64,000 nt of DNA from Candidatus Paralactobacillus gallistercoris. Its GTDB lineage: Bacteria > Bacillota > Bacilli > Lactobacillales > Lactobacillaceae. This document shows, piece by piece, positions 22,198-34,087 of this stretch (positions are counted from its first letter, which is position 1; the number at the start of each line of letters is the position of its first letter). The DNA lies in the NCBI GenBank assembly GCA_018883675.1, contig JAHLFS010000063.1:8104-72103 (forward strand), read 5' to 3'. Under the pieces are notes generated by a model that was given only the letters and a program-made list of their open reading frames with translations, had not been told where the DNA came from and made no database searches. The translations under genes were made by a program, and so were the position numbers.

Positions 22198-22437
22198 GAT
22201 TTCTAAGATGTACGATTTTTTCTTACCATATGTTGACCGAACAAACTTTGACATGATGATCAACATTAATAATAGTAAGCAGAATCATTACACGTGATAG
22301 CCACGCTATTAAGCGGTTGATCTTCCCTGCTAATATCGCGGGTTCAACTATTTAGAAACTAAAACGGCATCAGTTAGATTTCCTTAATTTAGCAATAAAG
22401 AACCGTCAGTTTAACTACTGGCGGTTTTATTTTTATT
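22198..22437 (+). ncRNA. Candidate structured RNA (Lacto-usp motif / 6S-like) ending in an intrinsic terminator
   Basis: Nested long-range pairings 22200-22206/22352-22358, 22232-22238/22341-22348 and 22258-22264/22316-22322, an apical hairpin at 22295-22311, and a terminator at 22401-22437. Genomic context is 5' of a hypothetical gene plus usp. Confidence 0.4.
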
Positions 22438-22455
22438 AGAAAGTGAGTAAGTATA

Positions 22456-22731
22456 ATGCTTTTACCAAGTTTACTAATCATTTTTTATTTATTGACCTTT
22501 GCACTCGCAATTTATTTATTAAAAAATAGCCAGCGTTCATTTTTAATTTTCAAAATTACAGATTATCCTGCCTTAGGTCGCGCAATGCGTACAAGCGGGA
22601 TTTTACTAGTAATAATCGGCATCATCGGTATCATCATGTTATTTGTTTTTAATATTAAGTTAAATCTTATTCCCATCGGAATTATTTGTATCATTATTAT
22701 TTTCTTTAGTATTAATTTAATTAGGTTATAA
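22456..22731 (+). CDS. Hypothetical small membrane protein (91 aa, 3 TM)
   Basis: Hydrophobic ORF immediately upstream of usp. No family recognised. Confidence 0.5.
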   Translation: MLLPSLLIIFYLLTFALAIYLLKNSQRSFLIFKITDYPALGRAMRTSGILLVIIGIIGIIMLFVFNIKLNLIPIGIICIIIIFFSINLIRL

Positions 22732-22797
22732 TTGTTTTTCTTTTAACTATAATCAAGTAAAATATATATGAAAGCGGATTAAGGGGATGAGTTGGTT

Positions 22798-23304
22798 ATG
22801 CAACAATATCAAAATATTTTAGTAGCAATTGACGGCTCATATGAAGCCGAATTAGCTTTTCGCAAAGCGATTGAAGTAGCTAACCGTAACAAAGCCAGTT
22901 TATATTTAGTACATGTCGTCGATACACGTGCCTTTCAGAATATTTCTAGTTTTGATTCGGCAATGGTTGAACAAGTAAGCAAAACAGCCGAAAAAACGCT
23001 AGAAGAATACGTTACAATTGCTCAAAAAGCTGGTATAAATGATGTGAAGTTTTCCGTTGAATATGGCTCACCAAAAACAATTATTGCGCGTGATCTTCCT
23101 AAAAATAAGGACATTGATTTAATTATCATTGGTGCTACTGGTTTAAATGCCGTTGAACGGTTATTAATTGGATCAGTTACTGAATATGTTACACGTAATG
23201 CTATTTGTGATGTTTTAGTAGTAAGAACTGATTTAGAAAATAAACCTGCACTAGACGAAAATCAACATCGTGAACATAAAAATAAGTTTAATCCAGATCT
23301 TTAA
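22798..23304 (+). CDS. usp: Universal stress protein (UspA family)
   Basis: Motifs ILVAIDGS and IIGATGLNAVERLLIGSVTEYV. I prefer the ATG at 22798, 10 nt after the AAGGGGA SD, over the TTG at 22792. Confidence 0.9.
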   Translation: MQQYQNILVAIDGSYEAELAFRKAIEVANRNKASLYLVHVVDTRAFQNISSFDSAMVEQVSKTAEKTLEEYVTIAQKAGINDVKFSVEYGSPKTIIARDLPKNKDIDLIIIGATGLNAVERLLIGSVTEYVTRNAICDVLVVRTDLENKPALDENQHREHKNKFNPDL

Positions 23305-23312
23305 AAATAAAT

Positions 23313-23347
23313 AAAAAAATCAAGCACAATTAGTGCTTGATTTTTTT
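23313..23347. terminator. Bidirectional terminator between usp and rodA
   Basis: Hairpin ATCAAGCAC-aatta-GTGCTTGAT flanked by A7 and T7 runs. Confidence 0.85.
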
Positions 23348-23352
23348 ATATT

Positions 23353-24564
23353 TTAAAAAGTATCTTTAGAACTAAACATGTAACTCTTATAATGATAACG
23401 CATTGACATCACTAACCCAACACCAATCATGTCTGCCAATAATGACGAACCACCTTGTGAAATAAATGGCAATGGTACCCCTGTTAATGGTAACAAACCA
23501 ATACTCATCCCAATATTTTCAAAAACGTGGAATAAGATCATCATAATTACACCCGTTGAAATATACGCATAAAATTCATTCTTGGTTTCAAAGGTTACCC
23601 GAATCATTTGGTATATTAACAAGAAATATAACAAAATTAACAAACAACCGCCAACAAAGCCAAAGTTTTCACCAATTACAGAAAAAATCATATCAGATTC
23701 ACGGACAGGAACATAAACTTCGGAATGATCAAAGCCTTTCCCCCATAACTGTCCAGAACCAATGGCTTTCATACTTTGCCATAACTGATAACCACTGCCT
23801 TGTAAGTTTTGCGAATTAGAAGGATCTAACCAAGTATTAATTCGTGCAAACTGGTATGCTTTAAAACCAATTGTTTCCAAAAATGATTGACCCCAATTAG
23901 TAGTAACCAGCATAATCGCAATCGAACCAATTATTGCAAAAAACAAAAAGACTGGTAAGATAATTCTCCATGTAATTCCAGAAATTAAGACAATACCACA
24001 AAAAATAGCCATGAAAACTAATGTTGTTCCCAAGTCAGGTTGCAGCATTAACAATACAATGACTGGTAATGTCCATAAAATTAATTTTCCTAATAAAATT
24101 AAATCATTATGAACAGTATGTTCATCATATTGGGAATTATGAATGGTAACAACACGACTTAGCATTAAAATATACGCTGGTTTCATAACTTCAGACGGTT
24201 GGAACGTTAACGGTCCAATAGCAAACCAACTTCGTGACCCAGCCGTTAATTTCAGGTTTCGACTGTATAAGAATAAAACTAAAACCAGGAGTAAAATGCC
24301 AAAGCCATATGCGATGGGCGCAATGCGCCATAATTGCTCAGCATCTAATTTCATCAAAAAGAAAATTAATACGCCACCAACGACATACCATAATCCTTGA
24401 ATTAAGACACCCTTAATCGGATTAGTAGCACCAGTTGTTTCATGACTTAACGCAACATATAATGCTAATAAACCAATTAAAGCTAAAATAAATACATTTA
24501 AAATAATGCCATAATCAACGCGTGAATTATCCTCAATGTCATTGCTTTTTCTTTCATTCATCAC
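23353..24564 (-). CDS. rodA: SEDS-family peptidoglycan polymerase (FtsW/RodA/SpoVE family, likely RodA)
   Basis: 403-aa, ~10-TM protein with the typical C-terminal motif LPLTGVPLPFISQGGSS. Confidence 0.85.
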   Translation of the reverse strand: MMNERKSNDIEDNSRVDYGIILNVFILALIGLLALYVALSHETTGATNPIKGVLIQGLWYVVGGVLIFFLMKLDAEQLWRIAPIAYGFGILLLVLVLFLYSRNLKLTAGSRSWFAIGPLTFQPSEVMKPAYILMLSRVVTIHNSQYDEHTVHNDLILLGKLILWTLPVIVLLMLQPDLGTTLVFMAIFCGIVLISGITWRIILPVFLFFAIIGSIAIMLVTTNWGQSFLETIGFKAYQFARINTWLDPSNSQNLQGSGYQLWQSMKAIGSGQLWGKGFDHSEVYVPVRESDMIFSVIGENFGFVGGCLLILLYFLLIYQMIRVTFETKNEFYAYISTGVIMMILFHVFENIGMSIGLLPLTGVPLPFISQGGSSLLADMIGVGLVMSMRYHYKSYMFSSKDTF

Positions 24565-24578
24565 TTAGTAAACACCTT

Positions 24579-24800
24579 CTAGCCTTGATGTAAGTGATAT
24601 TCAGCAATTAATGCATGAATGGCATCATCTAAAGTTTTTTGATTACCAACTTGTACGCCACCAGTATGCACTGCATAACGATCATGATCATGTGTAATGT
24701 AACCAATTTCTTGTTTAGCTAACCGCAATACTTGAATCGTTTTTCCTTGCCGGGTTTCATCTTCTAAAACCAAATTAACGTTATCATTTTTCTTAGCCAT
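24579..24800 (-). CDS. Small conserved hypothetical protein (DUF2969-like)
   Basis: Start chosen at MAKKNDNV (ATG at 24800) behind a GGAGG SD; the track ORF is 12 codons longer. Soluble, 73 aa. The family call is from memory. Confidence 0.5.
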   Translation of the reverse strand: MAKKNDNVNLVLEDETRQGKTIQVLRLAKQEIGYITHDHDRYAVHTGGVQVGNQKTLDDAIHALIAEYHLHQG

Positions 24801-24829
24801 ACTAGCCTCCATGTCATTTCTAAAATATT

Positions 24830-25087
24830 TTACCATTTTGCCGTACGATTACGCCGTAGTGTAAAGTAATCTGGTACCGGATCATAACCGCCTTTAACCA
24901 AGGGATTACAACGTAAAATACGAGCTATTCCCATTATTAAGCCCAAAATCACCCCATGTTTTTCAATCGCTTGAATCATGTACGTTGAACAAGTAGGATA
25001 ATAACGACAACTAGGTGGTAATAATGGTGAAAGATACTTTTTATATAATTTAATTGGCCAAATAAATAATTTTTTAAACATGAACAA
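24830..25087 (-). CDS. yidD: Membrane protein insertion efficiency factor YidD
   Basis: Conserved [10 protein letters not shown] motif in an 85-aa protein. Confidence 0.9.
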   Translation of the reverse strand: MFMFKKLFIWPIKLYKKYLSPLLPPSCRYYPTCSTYMIQAIEKHGVILGLIMGIARILRCNPLVKGGYDPVPDYFTLRRNRTAKW

Positions 25088-25102
25088 TGACTTTCTAAAA
25101 AA

Positions 25103-25279
25103 CTATTTTAAAAATGCCGCAATATGCGCCCATGTACTTGGTAAAAAGACAGCAAACGGATTACCACCGCCTATACCAAAGCCAATCATTGCACCAATTA
25201 TTAAAGCAATTAATACGCAAAGAATTACAATGCCGATTTTTTTAAGAATATTATGGACATAATTATCACTTGAATTCAT
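25103..25279 (-). CDS. Small membrane protein, 58 aa (MNSSDNYVHNILKKIGIVILCVLIALIIGAMIGFGIGGGNPFAVFLPSTWAHIAAFLK), EpuA-like
   Basis: Absent from the ORF track because it is under 60 aa. It has an ATG behind GGAAGTAAG, one TM helix and a glycine-rich segment. It fills the gap between the mreB paralog and yidD. The opposite-strand track ORF 25080-25262 is its antisense shadow. Confidence 0.5.
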   Translation of the reverse strand: MNSSDNYVHNILKKIGIVILCVLIALIIGAMIGFGIGGGNPFAVFLPSTWAHIAAFLK

Positions 25280-25295
25280 TTGCTTACTTCCTTAA

Positions 25296-26288
25296 TTAAT
25301 GTTGACGATGATGTTCAATATTATCTAACAAAATGCCTGTTCCCAAAGCAACCGCATCTAACGGTCGTTCAGCTAACATAACTGGTACATGTAAATTATC
25401 AGCAAATAACTTATCAATACCCTTTAACAACGCACCACCACCTGTTAGCATTACGCCGCGATCAATAATATCAGCTGATAATTCAGGCGGTGTTTGTTCT
25501 AAAACATCTTTAGCAGCTTGAATAATTGCCATCATCGTTTCATGTAACGCTTCTTCAACTTCAATAGCAGTAACATCTACTTCACGTGGTAAACCGGAAA
25601 CAACATCACGACCACGAACACTCATCTTCGTTTCTGGATCAGCATCAACTGCACAGCCAATTTCAATTTTAACGCGTTCAGCCGTACGTTCACCAATTAA
25701 TAAGTTATGTTTTTGTTTAACATAATTAACAATTTCAGTATTCATTTTGTCACCAGCCAAACGTAATGAACGACTAGTAACAACTTCACCCATTGATAAA
25801 ATGGCAATATCACTGGTACCACCGCCAATATCAATAACCATATTACCAAGTGGTTGGAAAATATCTAATCCAGCACCGACAGCAGCAACTTTCGGTTCTA
25901 ATTCAAGAAATACCCGTTTACCGCCCGATTTTTCAGCCGCTTCAATAATTGCTTTTTGCTCAACAGAAGTAATATTTGTTGGACAACAAATTAAAATATC
26001 AGGTTTAGAAATAAAGCCCTTAACATTTAATTTATTAATAAAATGTTCCAGCATTGCTTCAGTAACATCAAAATCAGCAATGACGCCATCACGTAATGGA
26101 CGAATCGAATGAATATGTCCAGGTGTACGTCCAATCATCTTATAGGCTTCATCACCGACTGCTAAAACTTTATTAGTTTGTGTATCGATCGCAACGACAG
26201 AAGGTTCATTTAAAACAATGCCCTTACCATGAACATTAATTAAGACATTTGCCGTTCCTAAATCGATCCCAATGTTCTTGGCCATCAA
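25296..26288 (-). CDS. mbl: MreB paralog (Mbl/MreBH-like actin homolog)
   Basis: Motifs [10 protein letters not shown] and IDIGGGTSD. This is a second MreB-family gene, next to the atp operon as for mbl in Bacillus. Confidence 0.88.
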   Translation of the reverse strand: MMAKNIGIDLGTANVLINVHGKGIVLNEPSVVAIDTQTNKVLAVGDEAYKMIGRTPGHIHSIRPLRDGVIADFDVTEAMLEHFINKLNVKGFISKPDILICCPTNITSVEQKAIIEAAEKSGGKRVFLELEPKVAAVGAGLDIFQPLGNMVIDIGGGTSDIAILSMGEVVTSRSLRLAGDKMNTEIVNYVKQKHNLLIGERTAERVKIEIGCAVDADPETKMSVRGRDVVSGLPREVDVTAIEVEEALHETMMAIIQAAKDVLEQTPPELSADIIDRGVMLTGGGALLKGIDKLFADNLHVPVMLAERPLDAVALGTGILLDNIEHHRQH

Positions 26289-26386
26289 ATATTCCTCCTT
26301 TCTTTACATTCGAATTTATTTATAGATTATATCACAGAAAATAATTACTTGTGTACTGCATTGCAAAAATAACACTAAAGGTTAAT

Positions 26387-26626
26387 TTATTTAATTAAAT
26401 AAATCAAATTATGGATTTGTTCAAATAAAGTTAAGAAAAATGAACCACATAAATAACCAATAGCAATGGTAATTAACCATAATAAAACTTGGCCTTCACC
26501 GCTATGACCTCGTTTAATAATTTGATCAAAACGTAAAGCTTGGATGGCTTTAAAAGTTAAACCAATAAATAGTAAATAAGTAATTATTTGTAACAAAGCA
26601 TTTATGCCCATTGATTTTAAAATCAT
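26387..26626 (-). CDS. DUF1146/YwzB-like small membrane protein
   Basis: 79 aa with 2-3 TM helices, in the conserved position just downstream of atpC. Confidence 0.55.
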   Translation of the reverse strand: MILKSMGINALLQIITYLLFIGLTFKAIQALRFDQIIKRGHSGEGQVLLWLITIAIGYLCGSFFLTLFEQIHNLIYLIK

Positions 26627-26649
26627 TTTTCACTCCTTCATAACTCCAC

Positions 26650-26678
26650 AAAAAAAGAGACCTAATAGTCTCTTTTTG
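26650..26678 (-). terminator. Intrinsic terminator after atpC
   Basis: Hairpin AAAGAGAC-ctaata-GTCTCTTT, with a T-run on the minus strand. Confidence 0.8.
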
Positions 26679-26681
26679 ATA

Positions 26682-27125
26682 TTATTGATCATTATTACCA
26701 TTCTTAACATTGATTCGGTTCATGGCACGTTGTAACGCAACGGTTGCCCGTTTCAATGAATCAGCATCTTTATTCAGCTTAGCTTCTTCAATACACCGCC
26801 GTGCTCGATCACGAGCTAATTCGGCACGTGATAAATCAATGTTATCTTTTAATTCAGCTGAATCAGCAACAATTGAAGCAATATTGTTATTCATTTCTAA
26901 GAAACCACCATTAACAGCAATTTCATCTTCTTGACTAGGATCATCTAAACGTTTGATGCGTACCTTAGCAATTTTTAAAGTAGCAACAAGTGGTTCATGA
27001 TCAGCCATAATTCCTAAACTGCCATCCATCGCTTGGACAATTAGCATTTTAGCAGGATGATTATAGATAATCCCATCTGGCGTAACAATATTAACCGTCA
27101 AAACTGAGGATTTAGAATCATTCAT
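26682..27125 (-). CDS. atpC: F1 ATP synthase epsilon subunit
   Basis: 147 aa and last gene of the atp operon. The beta-sandwich plus helical hairpin layout fits the epsilon subunit. Confidence 0.93.
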   Translation of the reverse strand: MNDSKSSVLTVNIVTPDGIIYNHPAKMLIVQAMDGSLGIMADHEPLVATLKIAKVRIKRLDDPSQEDEIAVNGGFLEMNNNIASIVADSAELKDNIDLSRAELARDRARRCIEEAKLNKDADSLKRATVALQRAMNRINVKNGNNDQ

Positions 27126-27139
27126 GATTGATATCCCCC

Positions 27140-28582
<1,443 letters not shown>

Positions 28583-28606
28583 TTATGTTTTGACCTCCCT
28601 AATTAT

Positions 28607-29536
28607 TTATGATTCTGACTGTTGAAGTGCATTAGCACCACCAACAATTTCAGAAATTTCTGTTGTGATTGCAGCTTGCCGTGCACGGTTATATTGCAAT
28701 GTTAAATCGCTAACTAAATTATCAGCATTATCAGTGGCAGCTTTCATTGCTGTCATTGATGCTGCATGTTCAGCTGCTTTAGCATCAATAATCGCACCGT
28801 AAATTAAACTTTCAGCATATTGTGGCAAAATCCGATCAAGCACTTCATCTTTAGACGGATCAGTAATGTATTCAACAGGACTATCCGCTACTTCAGCGAC
28901 GTCAAGATCATTAATTGGCAACATTTTCTCAGCACGAAATTCAGATGTCAATGTATTAACATGATGATTGTAACAAACATATAGTTCATCAAACACTTCA
29001 CTGTCATACATTTGCACAACTGTTTTAACAATTTTACGTACTTCATCAAATGTGGGAATATCACTTACGCCACGATATTCATAAGCTAAATTCATGCCAC
29101 GTGATTTAAAGAAATCAGCACCTTTACCACCAATTGCCATAAAAACATATTCATCATCACTTTTATGTTCTTCAGCAATCATCTGGGTCATGGCACGAAT
29201 AACCGTACTATTATAACTACCAACTAAGCCCCGATCACTGGTAATTACTAAATAACCAGTTTTCTTTACTGGACGTTGTTGCAGTAAATCATTAATAGTA
29301 ATGTCATCACTAACAGCGGTTTCACACTTATTTTCATTAGCTAAATGCAATAATTGTGCTGCTGCCAAGTGCGTAACGATTTCACGAATTTTATTAGCAT
29401 AAATTTGGTAATTTACAGAACGTTGTTCAACTTGATTTAACTTCGCACCAGAAACCATTTGCATTGCTTGCGTAATCTTACCAGTTGATTTAGTAGACGC
29501 AATACGTCTTTTAATGCTAATTAATGATTCTGCCAC
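28607..29536 (-). CDS. atpG: F1 ATP synthase gamma subunit
   Basis: N-terminus IKRRIASTKSTGKITQAMQMVS and C-terminus ITTEISEIVGGA. Confidence 0.97.
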   Translation of the reverse strand: MAESLISIKRRIASTKSTGKITQAMQMVSGAKLNQVEQRSVNYQIYANKIREIVTHLAAAQLLHLANENKCETAVSDDITINDLLQQRPVKKTGYLVITSDRGLVGSYNSTVIRAMTQMIAEEHKSDDEYVFMAIGGKGADFFKSRGMNLAYEYRGVSDIPTFDEVRKIVKTVVQMYDSEVFDELYVCYNHHVNTLTSEFRAEKMLPINDLDVAEVADSPVEYITDPSKDEVLDRILPQYAESLIYGAIIDAKAAEHAASMTAMKAATDNADNLVSDLTLQYNRARQAAITTEISEIVGGANALQQSES

Positions 29537-29549
29537 GCTGCATCACCTC

Positions 29550-31094
<1,545 letters not shown>

Positions 31095-31646
31095 CTAATT
31101 AAGTGATTGCAATAAGTACTTTTTTAAGTTAGCGATTCGTGTAGTTAAACTACCATCAATAATAATGTCTTTAACTTTTGTAATTGCACCGCCAACAATA
31201 TTTGCATCAATTTTTGACGTTAAGATGATTTCTTGTGCATTAAAGCGTTGTTTTAACGCTTCTTGCATTGCTTGTTCCTGTGTCTTAGACATTGGAACTG
31301 CAGTGATCACAGTAGCATGAATACGACCACGTGATTTATCAAAACGCGTTTGATAATCAGCAATAATATCCAATAAGTTAGTGATATGACCATAGTCATA
31401 AACCATTTGCAATAAGTTTTGCACAAAAACTGTGAATGGTTGTTGTAATGTCATTAATAGTTGTTGCTTTTGCTCAAAAGCAACATTTTTATCAGCAAGC
31501 ATCGTAATTGCCCGTGAATTATCACAGAGTAATTGTCGTAAAGCAATTAATTCATCATTAATTGCTACTGTTTGCTGATGTTCTTCGGCTAAATCAAACA
31601 AAGCACGTCCATAGCGTGCACTAACTTCATACTTACTTAGTGCCAT
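31095..31646 (-). CDS. atpH: F1 ATP synthase delta subunit
   Basis: OSCP-like protein. I prefer the ATG at 31646 behind the TAGGTGA SD; it overlaps the atpF end. Confidence 0.9.
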   Translation of the reverse strand: MALSKYEVSARYGRALFDLAEEHQQTVAINDELIALRQLLCDNSRAITMLADKNVAFEQKQQLLMTLQQPFTVFVQNLLQMVYDYGHITNLLDIIADYQTRFDKSRGRIHATVITAVPMSKTQEQAMQEALKQRFNAQEIILTSKIDANIVGGAITKVKDIIIDGSLTTRIANLKKYLLQSLN

Positions 31647-32160
31647 GTGATTCACCTAAATCTTTAATATACGTATTAATTAAATTTTCATGATCACTAG
31701 CCGAAAGTTCACGACCAATCAATTTACTTGCAATATCAACAGAAAGTTGTGCTACTTCAGCGCGTGCACTATTCAATGCATCAATATGTGCTTGTTGGGC
31801 ATCACGTTGTGCATTTTCTTTCAAGTTTTTAGCTTCCACTTGCGCTTGTTCAACAATAGCTTGGCGTTGGGCTTCACCATCTTGACGAGCTTCACTAACA
31901 ATTTGAGTTGCTTCAGTGCGCGTATTATTTAATTCTTTTTCGCGCTTATCAGCTAATTCATTCGCACGTTGGCGTGCTTTAGCAGCATTATCCAAATCAT
32001 CAGTAATTTTATTCCGCCGCGTTTCCATCATTTTAGCAACAGGTTTCCAAGCAAACTTACCAACACATAACATCAATATCAAAAACGATATTGAGATGAC
32101 AAGTAAGTCGCCAACGTATAAACCACCTTGTGCAGCTCCTAAAACTAATGCAGTTGCCAT
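31633..32160 (-). CDS. atpF: Fo ATP synthase b subunit
   Basis: One N-terminal TM helix and a long charged helix. The ATG at 32160 lies 8 nt after the AAGGAG SD. Confidence 0.92.
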   Translation of the reverse strand: MATALVLGAAQGGLYVGDLLVISISFLILMLCVGKFAWKPVAKMMETRRNKITDDLDNAAKARQRANELADKREKELNNTRTEATQIVSEARQDGEAQRQAIVEQAQVEAKNLKENAQRDAQQAHIDALNSARAEVAQLSVDIASKLIGRELSASDHENLINTYIKDLGESHGTK

Positions 32161-32210
32161 TCTTATCACTCCTTTCAGTTAAATATTAATTAAAAACTAT
32201 TCTCAATTAA

Positions 32211-32432
32211 TTATTTGCTGAGAAGGATAAATGCAATGGCAATCGCAATGATAGGAACAGCTTCGATTAAACCAACACCAATAAGCATTAATGAACGTAA
32301 TTTACCAAATAATTCTGGTTGCCGAGCAATGCTTTCAATCGTTTTACTAATAACCCGACCATTTCCCCAGCTAGTAGCAAGAGCAGCAACCGCAGCAATA
32401 ATAGCAATACTAATGTAAACAACAGAATTCAT
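32211..32432 (-). CDS. atpE: Fo ATP synthase c subunit
   Basis: 73-aa helical hairpin with the carboxylate in the second helix ([12 protein letters not shown]). Confidence 0.95.
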   Translation of the reverse strand: MNSVVYISIAIIAAVAALATSWGNGRVISKTIESIARQPELFGKLRSLMLIGVGLIEAVPIIAIAIAFILLSK

Positions 32433-32463
32433 ATGTAGAATCCTCCTTAAAATTTATAATTTT

Positions 32464-33171
32464 TTATTCTTCTTGGAGTTTAGAAGAAATGTATACCATA
32501 CCTAAAGTTACAAAAACAAAGGCTTGAATACTACCGATAAAGGCTGAAAATGCTTGCCAAATCATTTCTAATGGCATTACTGCAATCGCACCTAAATGCA
32601 AACTAGTTGCCATATTAGCAATAAGCATTAACAAAACTTCACCAGCAAAAATGTTACCATAAAGTCGTAATCCTAAGGTCATAAAATTAGTAAATTCTTC
32701 AACTAAGTTAATTGGTAACAACATCGACATTGGTTTTATGTAGCCTTTCAAATAACCTTTGAATCCATATTTTTTCACACCATAACAATGTGACATCAAT
32801 AATACCATCATCGCTAACCCCAATGTCACAACAGCATTTGCTGTTGGGCTATCAATCCAGGTATTACCGCCAACAATTAGTTCAACTAACAATCCTAATT
32901 GATTAGAAACAAAGATAAAAGCAAATAAGACAAAAGCAAATAAATAAAAATTGCCACTATCTTCAGCTGGAATAGCTGCATCAACAATGTTATTAGTAAA
33001 GCTCATCAACCATTCCATCATATTTTGCTTTTTAGTAGGACGTAGTTGTGGTTTGCGAGAAAATGCAAAAGCTAACGCAAAAACGACAATGCAAGTAATC
33101 AATACTGATAAATCAATACATAAGTTAAAGCGTAACCCGCAAAATGTCACAATTGGAAATTTATCATTCAA
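32464..33171 (-). CDS. atpB: Fo ATP synthase a subunit
   Basis: Conserved LRLYGNIFAGE motif. The TTG start lies 8 nt after a GGAGG SD. It is the first gene of the operon, with no atpI upstream. Confidence 0.95.
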   Translation of the reverse strand: MNDKFPIVTFCGLRFNLCIDLSVLITCIVVFALAFAFSRKPQLRPTKKQNMMEWLMSFTNNIVDAAIPAEDSGNFYLFAFVLFAFIFVSNQLGLLVELIVGGNTWIDSPTANAVVTLGLAMMVLLMSHCYGVKKYGFKGYLKGYIKPMSMLLPINLVEEFTNFMTLGLRLYGNIFAGEVLLMLIANMATSLHLGAIAVMPLEMIWQAFSAFIGSIQAFVFVTLGMVYISSKLQEE

Positions 33172-33308
33172 AGATATCGCCTCCTTTACTTACTAAGTAA
33201 GTATTCCATTAATATAAACTTCCTTATGTCAAGAAAACGCTTGCAGGCTTACATTAAAAAGAATATCATTTTTTATTTTTATAATAAAGAGTTATTTTTT
33301 AATAATAT

Positions 33309-33938
33309 TTATTTAGTACCAAACAAACGATCACCAGCATCGCCTAAACCAGGAACAATATAGCCATCTTTATTTAAATGATCATCTAATGAAGCTGCAT
33401 AAATATCAACTTCTGGATGTTCTTCCTGTACTTTTTTAACGCCTTCTGGAGCAGCAACTAAAACAACTAAACGAATTGAATTGGCGCCTCGTTTTTCTAA
33501 AGCATCAATCGCCATATTAGCTGAACCACCAGTGGCTAACATAGGATCAACGACGAAAAGATCACGTTGATCAACATCAGATGGTAATTTGACAAAATAC
33601 TCATGCGGTTCAAGTGTTTTTTCATCACGATACATACCAATATGACCAACCTTAGCAGCTGGAATCAACCGTAATACCCCATCAACCATGCCCAAACCAG
33701 CGCGTAAAATAGGAACAACTGCTAACTTCTTACCAGCAATTTCCTTGCCAACAGCTTCACCAATTGGCGTTTGAATTTTAACATCATGTAATGGTAAATC
33801 ACGTGTGATTTCATAAACCATTAATTCAGCAATTTCATTAGCAACCTCACGAAAATCTTTTGTCCCTGTTTTTTTATCACGTAAAATTGTCAACTTATGT
33901 TGAATGAGTGGATGATTTAAAATTGTAAACTTACCCAT
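33309..33938 (-). CDS. upp: Uracil phosphoribosyltransferase
   Basis: PRPP loop [11 protein letters not shown]. The start [16 protein letters not shown] (ATG at 33938) lies behind a GGAGGAG SD. Confidence 0.97.
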   Translation of the reverse strand: MGKFTILNHPLIQHKLTILRDKKTGTKDFREVANEIAELMVYEITRDLPLHDVKIQTPIGEAVGKEIAGKKLAVVPILRAGLGMVDGVLRLIPAAKVGHIGMYRDEKTLEPHEYFVKLPSDVDQRDLFVVDPMLATGGSANMAIDALEKRGANSIRLVVLVAAPEGVKKVQEEHPEVDIYAASLDDHLNKDGYIVPGLGDAGDRLFGTK

Positions 33939-34041
33939 AATTCTCCTCCAATAATGCGCTTTCATGAACACGCTTTAGCTTAATCATATGCTTATTTATC
34001 CTTTCATACAAGAGATATTTGATTGTTACTAATAATATTCG

Positions 34042-34087
34042 AAAAAAATGGCTAATTTACACAAAAAATGTGAAATTAGCCATTTTT
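34042..34087 (-). terminator. Intrinsic terminator after tsaC/sua5
   Basis: Long hairpin AAATGGCTAATTTaCACA / TGTGAAATTAGCCATTT (34046-34085) flanked by A and T runs. Confidence 0.85.

Noticed and set aside
22208-22297. 29-codon ORF (MYDFFLPYVDRTNFDMMININNSKQNHYT) inside the structured spacer upstream of usp; possible leader peptide or gene remnant.
   Set aside because: It has no convincing SD, and the frame is interrupted immediately by several stops in all frames. The RNA-structure explanation fits the nested complementarities better. It is kept only as a note under the ncRNA finding.
22338-22348. GCGGGTTCAAC, which resembles a tRNA or tmRNA T-arm (GGTTCRA).
   Set aside because: There is no matching acceptor, D or anticodon arms around it and no GGGG...tag-ORF architecture of tmRNA. 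It pairs instead with 22232-22238 in the long hairpin.
33939-34041. Possible PyrR-type attenuator upstream of upp; a direct repeat AAAGCG-N8-AAAGCG was noticed on the coding strand.
   Set aside because: There is no PyrR-binding loop consensus (UCCAGAGAGG-like) and no terminator-antiterminator pair between the promoter region and the upp SD.
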